Below are positions 10,801-18,070 of a stretch of DNA of 64,000 nucleotides, piece after piece. The translations under genes were made by a program, and so were the position numbers. Origin of the DNA: Cenarchaeum sp. (GTDB taxonomy: Archaea; Thermoproteota; Nitrososphaeria; Nitrososphaerales; Nitrosopumilaceae); the NCBI GenBank assembly GCA_965242695.1, contig CBDESU010000002.1, positions 800,001 to 864,000 of the forward strand. Direction: 5' to 3'. Position 1 is the stretch's first letter. The number at the start of each line of letters is the position of its first letter. The notes beneath the pieces are model-generated. The model worked only from the letters and a program-made list of their open reading frames with translations, was not told the origin of the DNA and ran no database searches.

Positions 10801-11044
10801 CAAGCATGACCTTGACAAACTTTGGATAGTTGCGCCTCTCGTCCGCCAGCTTGCCTTGGCCCAGCAGGTTGAGCCACTCGGCGGCGGCCTGCGCCTGTCC
10901 TGCAGTCGGCATCACGCCACTACACATTTCCTCAAGTGTGCCCGCTGGGAACAGCTCGCCGTATGCGCTCCTGCCTCTGCTGCCTACGCCGCGGCTTTGC
11001 CGCCCTTTCTTGGTCCGTCCCGCACCGCCTGCTCCTGCGCCCAC
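7874..11044 (-). CDS. Type IIG-like restriction-modification enzyme (endonuclease + N6-adenine methyltransferase + target recognition domain)
   Basis: N-terminal VDFEF..IEAK and GICTNY (PD-(D/E)xK); GVFYTP; ILDPACGSGAF (motif I); IGNPPY (motif IV). Confidence 0.88.
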   Translation of the reverse strand: MGAGAGGAGRTKKGRQSRGVGSRGRSAYGELFPAGTLEEMCSGVMPTAGQAQAAAEWLNLLGQGKLADERRNYPKFVKVMLEEILDYPAMQVDHEHDNVDFEFCVDGDQVLVCIEAKGTSTSDLFATQRRSRTEHSTPIRQTWDYMGKAGARYGICTNYRRFVLIMRDHGYRKCHEFDFEDVRDNPEKLREFIGVFSRERLEAGFAEKIRIRADEAERELTMEFYGIYGRTRLMLVKEFESSGASRPDAVEFAQTFLNRLIFVLFAQDAGLVRSRTMLEDGVVDILRGNLTTNTTRVWNYITGELFAGFNKGSDDPAIFGFNGGLFSEPIPDSVSVRDRRGAGFFGKLGARTRRGSWEFKSSVEAAVRRHADTSPIIKNLLAMSSYDFQSQIRVNMLGHIFENSIGDLEELLGARTSRRKKEGVFYTPEYVTRYICRNTIIPYLSRTGAASTPDGLVDEYAGDLPALEGRLRSIRILDPACGSGAFLIEAASTLLEVHEEVQARKGVAGGEGRPTLEPILADALVRSVIRDNIYGIDINRQSVEITKLSMFLLTASLHEKLPDLADNIRVGNSLVSRTNGEHATFAWEREFPEVFPRTGMVQDESAGRRPDFGFDIVIGNPPYVKHQDIAYKDEIQLPRHSGLSIPADFQIDGTTDLSGYFFYHAFRYLREGGMLGYISSETWMNSKYGKPLQRTLLENSSIREITRAAFKFFDDADTRAAIVVLARGKKAGGGTVRLNYARAKSDLAGGDFGLSRSMRQGGIEPGNWAAHFKPALPRVRALTKTLGETGRITYGKITGSKGFFVLSRRDVDEYGIDKRYLCPTVSKSTPAGRLDSGKATEWLLNVNASKRDLRGRSDGRGVLQYILDGEKKTQRPTRGKNREERPLSEGTAMKGRKFWYSLGLSDPPPIILRRIVNDALDVWENDGRFFTTNTLANFTPDNPGHARAFLAYFASSLYQHHLEAVGTEMGGGALSLEVFNYGESPVPDFDDMPKAAVKRMGDAWGRYGGDPAANRPQIDGEVFAALGVGKRAAGSIVKNLGEMVRMRKAGRHGSVP

Positions 11045-11171
11045 GGGCCGCGCAGGGATGCGGACTTTTTAAACAAAATCGTGGCCCGCCTGTTATCTTG
11101 ATCCCGCTTCTAGTGGACGTCTAGTCGTAGCCACCGGCAAGCACCCGCGCCCCCTCGCCACGCGTGGCCGA

Positions 11172-11196
11172 CTATAACATTCTCAAGATGTTATAG
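11172..11196. promoter_or_regulatory. Perfect 9-bp inverted repeat between the divergent RM and GHKL-AbiEi copy 2 genes (putative operator)
   Basis: CTATAACAT-TCTCAAG-ATGTTATAG; TATA-like TTTTTAAA near 11066 and TTATAT near 11253 on either side. Confidence 0.7.
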
Positions 11197-11288
11197 CGGG
11201 GCTACCTTACGCCTAGATTTCATAGTCTAAGAGCTTATTTACAGAATTAGCCTTATATTCTAGGATTAAGTTCGCTGTCCCGAGTGGC

Positions 11289-13229
11289 ATGCTAGTAGAC
11301 ATCACCCCTGACAAGTCCCTGATCAAGAAGCTGGGCTTGTCAGGGTACCGGACAGAGCAAGCCTTGGCCGAGCTTGTAGACAACTCGATAGACGCGCGCA
11401 TTCCCGGCCGCGTGGAGCACATTAATGTCCGCCTAGACTATGAGGCGCGCCGCATCAGTGTCACGGACGACGGCCATGGAATGGACAGCAAAGGTCTGGC
11501 AGAGGCCATGATAATAGCTCGAAGCACCAAGGACGAGGACAAGCTCGGGAAATTCGGCATAGGCATGAAGGGAGCCTGCTCTGCCCTGGGCCGCCGATTT
11601 GAGATAGTCACATCACAGGAAGGCTCTGACGTGCAGCATTGCGCAAAGTACGACGAGGAAGACTGGCTCGGTGATGCGTCCAAGGGTTGGGACAATTTTG
11701 AGGTCGAAGAGCTGCGGCCGCCCCTCAACGAGAAGGGCTGGCACGGCACACGCATAAGCATAGACCCCGTCACGGTTCCGATGTACTCCAACCAGACGGC
11801 CCGGTTCAAAGAGAGGTTCGGCACACGCTACTCGCCGTACCTTGAGTCTAAGCAGGTCGACATCTGTGTCAATACGCTGGTGTGCCGCCCAGCCGTTCCC
11901 GCACTAGCAGACACGACAGAATGGGTTCCTGTGAACATCCCCCTCGCCCCGAGAAAACGCATCTCGGGCCGCTTGGGCCTGCTCAAAAAAAGATCTGTTG
12001 GAGGCGGATACGGGATACACCTGTTCAAGAATGGCCGGCTGATAAGGGCATTTGAAAAATTTGGCTTTATGGAGCATCCAGAAAACTCACGGTTGATCGG
12101 CGAGCTTAACCTGGACCACGTTCCGGTTAATTTCAACAAAAGCCGATTCATTGAGGAAAGCGAGGCATATACCGAAGCTCTGTTCGAATTCGGCAGGTCC
12201 AGCGTATTGTCTCAAATGCTGCGCTCGTCCAAGCCGGCCAGAAAGCCTGCCGCGTCGGTCACCTCCGTCATGGACTATTTTGGGGGGCAAGGCCCCGCCC
12301 AGCGCATGGAACGGCGAATCAGAGCCTCAGAGTCGGCCAAGACACTCGGAGCGGCTACAGGGAGAGAGTTCACGATAAAGATCCCCGGCGGCACCCCCGT
12401 CTCGGTTCGCTTTGAGCAGTCGCCGGGCGGTCCATTGTACGCAACAAACGCCAGGGGCAAGAAGGTGCAGGTAAGCGTCAATGCTGGCAACCCCGCGTTC
12501 GGGCTAGTCGGCAACCCCGCGTTCCTGATCGGCCTGATAGCTTCCGAGGCTGAGATGATCTCAAAATACCCAGAACACGCCGCCCGGATGCTTGGGGAGA
12601 GGAATGAAAGGGTTGAGGGGTTTGTGCGCGAATGGATGGCGGCGCCCCCCTTGGCAGGAGGGGCGGCTCGCGAAGACTGGCGCCACAGGGAGCCGTCTCT
12701 TCCCGACATCCATGGCTACGGACTGTACCTCGATCTGCTTGAAATTCACGACCACCTTAGGAGCACATACCCAATGAAGTTCCAGTTTACCGCCCTGTCG
12801 ACGCTGCGACCATACCTGCACAACCTGCTTGGCAGGGTGGTGTATACGGTCCACGCCCTGAGGGGAAACGGCAACGAGCTGGCAGGACAGATTATGGACG
12901 AGTTTAGGGGGCGGGTCTCGGCGGTAGATCGCCCTACTCGAGATACCATTCAGGCGCTATTTTACTCGGGGCCCGCCGACACCGTGATAGCGGTCAGAGA
13001 GTACGCGAACGTCTCGAATTCAACGGTTGCCCCGCCGGCAAAGGCACTGGTCGACTTGGTTATTGAAAAGGACGTGTACAAGGTGCCCATACACGGGGAC
13101 GAGCCGAGAATGGTGCTACATGCCATGTTGCGGCACGGGCTAGTCGACCTTGCGGAGGTGCGCAGGCAGGCCCGACGCGCAAAACAATCTGCCCGGATTG
13201 AAGAGATAATCAAGGCGGGCCCCGCATGA
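11289..13229 (+). CDS. MORC/GHKL ATPase fused to an AbiEi-like domain, copy 2 (no toxin gene downstream)
   Basis: Collinear with 4658-6577 end to end (MLVDITPDKSL..., PMKFQFTALSTLRPYLHN, ...AGPA*). Confidence 0.75.
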   Translation: MLVDITPDKSLIKKLGLSGYRTEQALAELVDNSIDARIPGRVEHINVRLDYEARRISVTDDGHGMDSKGLAEAMIIARSTKDEDKLGKFGIGMKGACSALGRRFEIVTSQEGSDVQHCAKYDEEDWLGDASKGWDNFEVEELRPPLNEKGWHGTRISIDPVTVPMYSNQTARFKERFGTRYSPYLESKQVDICVNTLVCRPAVPALADTTEWVPVNIPLAPRKRISGRLGLLKKRSVGGGYGIHLFKNGRLIRAFEKFGFMEHPENSRLIGELNLDHVPVNFNKSRFIEESEAYTEALFEFGRSSVLSQMLRSSKPARKPAASVTSVMDYFGGQGPAQRMERRIRASESAKTLGAATGREFTIKIPGGTPVSVRFEQSPGGPLYATNARGKKVQVSVNAGNPAFGLVGNPAFLIGLIASEAEMISKYPEHAARMLGERNERVEGFVREWMAAPPLAGGAAREDWRHREPSLPDIHGYGLYLDLLEIHDHLRSTYPMKFQFTALSTLRPYLHNLLGRVVYTVHALRGNGNELAGQIMDEFRGRVSAVDRPTRDTIQALFYSGPADTVIAVREYANVSNSTVAPPAKALVDLVIEKDVYKVPIHGDEPRMVLHAMLRHGLVDLAEVRRQARRAKQSARIEEIIKAGPA

Positions 13230-13290
13230 GCCGCATTTCCGCATCGTGGTTACCGCCCTGCGCGCCGAGTGCGCCGCCGCGCTCTCCCTG

Positions 13291-14775
13291 CTACGCCCTG
13301 CCCCGGATCCGCCTGGATATGGCCTCGGGCAGGTCGGGTATGGCGACCCTCTCCTGGCCCATGCTGTCCCTGTCCCTGAGGGTCACGGCCCCGTCCTTCA
13401 GCGTGTCGTGGTCTATCGTCACGGCGAGCGGCGCGCCGACCTCGTCCAGCCTCCTGTACCTCCTGCCGATCGCGCCCGAGTGGTCCAAGAACGCCTCAAA
13501 GTCGCCCCTGAGCAGCCCAAACACCTCGTCTGCCTTTTCGCGCAGGCCGTCCTTCTTGACCAGCGACAGCACGCCGACCTGGACGGGGGCCAGGTGCGGC
13601 CTGATCGACAGGACCGTCCTGTTGTTGGCCTCGTCTTCGCGCAGCGAGTGCTCTAGTATGGCGTACAGGCTGCGGTCGATCCCCATCGATATCTCGAACA
13701 CGTGCGGCAGCACCTTTTCGTTGCCGTCCATCACCTCGAACTTTTCGCCGCTCTTGGCCGCGTGCCCCGACAGGTCGTGCCCCGACCTGTAGTTGCACGC
13801 CACCAGCTCTAGCCACCCCGTAGACGTCTCGACCTCAAAGTCGAACGCCGCCTCGGCGTAGAACGCCTTTTCCTTCTCGCCGAGCCTGCGGAACCTCGTC
13901 CTCTCCATGTCTATCCCCGTCTTTTCGTAGAACTCGGAGAGGAGCGCAAGGTAGTACGCGACGAGCCTGCTCGGCACCGCGCCGGACGAGGCGGCCTCGC
14001 CGGCCGTCGTCCTCTTGACGTCGGCCTCGCCGCCGAGCGTGCCGCCCTCCTGCAGCCTCAGGACCGTCTTGTCGACCTCTCCGAACCCCTCTACGCTGTC
14101 CAGCCTCGACGGGTTGCAGAACACCTCTATCTCTGCCTGGTAGAACTCCCTGAGGCGCAGCAGGCTCTGCCTCGGCGATATCTCGTTGCGAAAGCTCTTG
14201 CCGACCTGCGCGACCCCTAGCGGCAAGCGCCCCCTCATGGTCTTGTACAGCCTCGGAAAGTCCACGAATATAGACTGGCACGTCTCGGGCCGCAGGTACG
14301 CCGGCTCGCCGTCCGGCCCAATCCCGACGCTGAACATCATGTTGAACTTCTTGGCAGGCCCGAGTGCGCCGCCGCACCCCGGACAGGCCACCTTGTTGTC
14401 CCGCACGGCCCCGTCGAACTCGGCGAGCCCTGCGCTCTCGGGTATCTCGACGCCGGCGACCTCGGCCACGAGCCGGTCGGCGCGGTGTGTCGCGCCGCAC
14501 TTTGTGCACTTTACGACGGGGTCGGCAAAGCTGGCCAGGTGCCCCGACGCCTCGAACACGGACGGCGACATTATCTGCGAGCCGTCGATCTCCATCATGC
14601 GGTCCCGCCTGACGAGCTCGCGCCGCCACAGCTCCAGGAAGCGGTTCTTTAGGGCCACGCCGTTCGGGCCGTACTCCCAGAACCCGGCGTGCGCATCGCC
14701 GTACGGCCCGCAGCTCGGAAAGTAAAACCCCCTCTCGAGGGCCAGCTTCATGACGGCATCGTACTGAGCGGGCAT
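13291..14775 (-). CDS. glyS: Glycine--tRNA ligase (alpha2 type)
   Basis: YLRPETCQ, FRNEISPR, LRLREF, FEISMGIDR, IGRRYRRLDEVG. Confidence 0.96.
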   Translation of the reverse strand: MPAQYDAVMKLALERGFYFPSCGPYGDAHAGFWEYGPNGVALKNRFLELWRRELVRRDRMMEIDGSQIMSPSVFEASGHLASFADPVVKCTKCGATHRADRLVAEVAGVEIPESAGLAEFDGAVRDNKVACPGCGGALGPAKKFNMMFSVGIGPDGEPAYLRPETCQSIFVDFPRLYKTMRGRLPLGVAQVGKSFRNEISPRQSLLRLREFYQAEIEVFCNPSRLDSVEGFGEVDKTVLRLQEGGTLGGEADVKRTTAGEAASSGAVPSRLVAYYLALLSEFYEKTGIDMERTRFRRLGEKEKAFYAEAAFDFEVETSTGWLELVACNYRSGHDLSGHAAKSGEKFEVMDGNEKVLPHVFEISMGIDRSLYAILEHSLREDEANNRTVLSIRPHLAPVQVGVLSLVKKDGLREKADEVFGLLRGDFEAFLDHSGAIGRRYRRLDEVGAPLAVTIDHDTLKDGAVTLRDRDSMGQERVAIPDLPEAISRRIRGRA

Positions 14776-14827
14776 CCCTACTTCCGCCTCCCTTTCGCGC
14801 GGATGCCGCCGCGCCGGGCCGCGCCGC

Positions 14828-15670
14828 TCACTTTAGTAGCCCCCTTGCGACCCTGACGTTCTCAAAGTCGTCGCGCTCGGCGTTGATCGGCGTCTCTAGC
14901 ACGACGGGCACGTCCCTCCTGTTCGCCTCGGCCACGACGGCGGCCATGCCCTCCTCGCCGATCTGCCCCAGGCCGATGTGCTGGTGCCTGTCGAGCTTTG
15001 AGCCGATATCGCCCTTTGCGTCGTTGAGGTGCAGTATCCGCACGTTCTCGCCTCCGACCGTCCCGTCGAGCTCGGCAAACGCCTTCTTGACGGTCCCCTT
15101 CGTGCGCAGGTCGTACCCGTACACGAACGCGTGGCACGTGTCGATGCACACCCCGAACCTCTTGGCCGGCCTGAGCTTTGAGAGTATCGACCCGAGCTGC
15201 CCAAAGTCCGAGCCGACCGAGTTCTTCTGGCCTGCCGTATTCTCGAGCAGGACTACCACGCCGTTGTCGACCTCGGCGGCCTTTCCGTACGCGGCCACCA
15301 GCCTCTTGATCCCGCTCTCCTCGCCGGCCCCGAGGTGGCTGCCCAGGTGCGTCACCAGGTACGGCACGCCCAGGCTGCCGCACCTCTTTACCTCGTCGAC
15401 GAGCGTAGACACCGACCTCTTGTAGGTCGCATCGTTGTTCGACGACAGGTTCGGCAGGTAGGGCATGTGCGCGCACGTCGCCGACGGGTCGATCCCGCTG
15501 TCCTTGAGCTTTGACCTGTACGCCTCGACCTTGCCGCCGTCCAGCTCCTTGGCGTTCCACATCTGCGGGCTGCGCGTGAATATCTGAAAGGCCGTGCACT
15601 CGCGCTCTACGGCGTTGTCGACTGCCTTGTCGACGCCGCCCGAGATCGACACGTGGCACCCCAAGCGCAA
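14828..15670 (-). CDS. nfo: Endonuclease IV (AP endonuclease)
   Basis: GCHVS, HMPY, LENTAG, DTCH, HLND, DRHQH, ETP. Confidence 0.95.
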   Translation of the reverse strand: MRLGCHVSISGGVDKAVDNAVERECTAFQIFTRSPQMWNAKELDGGKVEAYRSKLKDSGIDPSATCAHMPYLPNLSSNNDATYKRSVSTLVDEVKRCGSLGVPYLVTHLGSHLGAGEESGIKRLVAAYGKAAEVDNGVVVLLENTAGQKNSVGSDFGQLGSILSKLRPAKRFGVCIDTCHAFVYGYDLRTKGTVKKAFAELDGTVGGENVRILHLNDAKGDIGSKLDRHQHIGLGQIGEEGMAAVVAEANRRDVPVVLETPINAERDDFENVRVARGLLK

Positions 15671-15725
15671 CGCCGCGCGGCCCGGCGGCGATAATTTAAG
15701 TCAGCGCGCGTGACGGCATGCGGCA

Positions 15726-16804
15726 TGGCGGTGACGGTAGGCGACGACGAGTGGGCAAAGTACCCGTTCCTGGCCGGCTCCGGCGAGTACCTGCGCGACA
15801 AGGGCTTTACGCTCGAGCAGTTCGGCACAGACCCCGACCTGAAGGTGGTCGTCAGCCGCGCCCTCGAGCGGGTGATGGCCGCCGCATCCGGCAAAGTCTA
15901 CCGCTCCGGGATGGACGGCGGCTCAAGGGTTAGCGACCACGATCGACAGATCGAGATATTCTCGTTCCTGCTAGCCGTCGTCCTGCTGCGGCTCAGCGGC
16001 ATGGACACGCTAGTGCGCAGGTTCGCCCTCGCCGAGTCGCGCAGGGCCGAGGCGCACCTGGAGAGGGACCTGGGAGGCGGGGGCGGGGGAGGAAACCGCC
16101 CGCCCGACCCGTCAAAGACCGACCTGGCGGTCCGGCTGATCGGCGAGCTCTTCTCCGTGCCAGTCTCGCAGGCCGGCGGCGGCTTTGCCATATCCGTGCC
16201 CGACTACGTAAGGCATGCCGTAAAGTTCCACGAGGTCGAGTGGAAGCTCGTAAACCGGCGCGTCAGCGGAGGCCTTGTCCACCTGACCCGGCACGAGGTC
16301 ATCAGGCTCGTGCGCAGCGAGCTTGGCGACTACATACTGAACCGCGTAAGGTCGGCGCCCGTGCCGGACATGCTGCCGCACTTCGAGGCCCCCGTGGCCG
16401 AGCTCGTCGCCGTCGCCAAGAGGCTAGAGCCGGCCCCGCCGCCGCAGGCCGGCGCCGACGACGAGCCGCCCCCCTGCATCAAGCACGCCATGGCCGTGCT
16501 AGAGCGCGGCGAGAACCTGCCGCACTCGGGCCGGTTCATGCTCGCCACGTTCTTCATCAACCGCGGCTGGCCCATCGACAGGATCGCTCCAATGTTCAAG
16601 GGCGCGCCCGACTACAACGAGCGCATTACAATGTACCAGCTGCGGCACCTGTCCGGCGAGGGCTCGTCGGGCGGGACAAAGTACTCTTGCCCGTCGTGCA
16701 AGAAGCTGCAGGGCCAGGACCTGTGCTTTCCCGTCCCCGCGTGCGATGGAATATTCAGCCCGATGCAGTTCAAGGGGGAGGCCAAGGGCGATGCGTCCCC
16801 TTGA
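15726..16804 (+). CDS. priL: DNA primase large subunit
   Basis: AKYPFL, WKLVNR, PPCI, NLPHSGRF, YSCPSC Fe-S domain. Confidence 0.93.
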
Positions 16805-17984
16805 CGACGCGAGCGTACGCGCCGCCGAGGCGGCCTTCAAGGCGTACTACTTTGAGAACCTGGCCCGCATCCGCGCCCCCGTTCGGTCGCCGGAGCGCGA
16901 GTTCGGCTACCAGCGGTTCAACCTAGGGGGGATGATCCGCCACCAGCGCGCAAGGGACGACAAGGAGCTCCGCCTGCTCATAATGCGCAGCGCGCCGTCG
17001 GACATGTACGTCTCCAACGGCTACTACTCGTTCCCAGACCTGCCGATGAAGGAAAAGGACTGGCGCGGCGCCGACCTCATATTCGACATCGACGCAAAGG
17101 ACCTGGCCCTGCCGTGCCGCCCGTCGCATACGGCGCTCGTGTGCGGCGAGTGCGGGCTGGCGCGCATGCAAGGGGAGGGCGGAGGAGGCGGCGCCCCCGC
17201 CGGCGCGTGCCCCGGATGCGGCTCGGCCCGCCACGAGTCCGTCTCGCTTCCGTGCGCCGCGTGCGTCGACGGGGCCAAGAAGCAGGTGCGCCTCCTCGTG
17301 CGCCTCCTCGGCGAGGACCTCGGCGTGCCGCGCGAGTCCGTCACGGTATACTTTTCGGGCAACGAGGGGTTCCACGTGCACGCCGCCTGCGACCCATACG
17401 AGCCGCTCGGCACAAAGGAGCGCGGCGAGATCGCCGACTATCTCATGTTCAAGGGGGCCAAGGCAGACTCGTACGGGTTCAAGCGAAGCTCGAGGCCCGG
17501 ACGGGACGACCTGCCGGGCCACGACGAGGCGGGCTGGAGGGGGCGCGTGGCAAGGCACATCCTCGGGCCAAAGTCGGCGAGGGCAAAGTCCGCAGCCGCC
17601 GCAGCCCAGGCCGGGTACGCCGCGTACCAGGCGCGCCTCGAGGCCGCCTCGCAGGCCGTCGGCGCGCGCCTCGACAGGGCCGTCACGGCCGACGTCCACC
17701 GCATATTCCGCATGCCCGGCTCGCTCAGCGGCAAGTCGGGCCTGGCAAAGGCCGAGTGCGCCGACCTTGACGCGTTCAGCCCGTACGCCGACGCCTGCCT
17801 CATCGACGACGAGCCGGCCGACATCGTAGGCTTCGCGCCCGGCGTGCAGTTCCGGCTGCGAGGCAGGCGGTTCGGCCCCTACAAGCAGGGCGAGGAGGCC
17901 ACCGTCCCGCGCTACGCCGCCGCCTACATGATCTGCAAGCGCCTGGCGCGGGCGGCCCCTCCACCGCCCTCCCCCGCCTCCTAG
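16791..17984 (+). CDS. priS: DNA primase small subunit
   Basis: EREFG, DLIFDID, FSGNEGFH, DVHRIFRMPGSL. Confidence 0.93.
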   Translation: MRPLDDASVRAAEAAFKAYYFENLARIRAPVRSPEREFGYQRFNLGGMIRHQRARDDKELRLLIMRSAPSDMYVSNGYYSFPDLPMKEKDWRGADLIFDIDAKDLALPCRPSHTALVCGECGLARMQGEGGGGGAPAGACPGCGSARHESVSLPCAACVDGAKKQVRLLVRLLGEDLGVPRESVTVYFSGNEGFHVHAACDPYEPLGTKERGEIADYLMFKGAKADSYGFKRSSRPGRDDLPGHDEAGWRGRVARHILGPKSARAKSAAAAAQAGYAAYQARLEAASQAVGARLDRAVTADVHRIFRMPGSLSGKSGLAKAECADLDAFSPYADACLIDDEPADIVGFAPGVQFRLRGRRFGPYKQGEEATVPRYAAAYMICKRLARAAPPPPSPAS

Positions 17985-18070
17985 CCCGCCCTCCTAGCCG
18001 CGCTCGCGCGGGGGCGCCCCGCACCGGCCCCCCTAAGGCATTAAATTGCCCGCACGGGCGCGAGCGACCG

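Noticed and set aside
13226-13792. 188-aa ORF coupled to GHKL copy 2 as a possible toxin
   Set aside because: Almost wholly antisense to glyS with no nucleotidyltransferase motifs; only the first few bases resemble the toxin start
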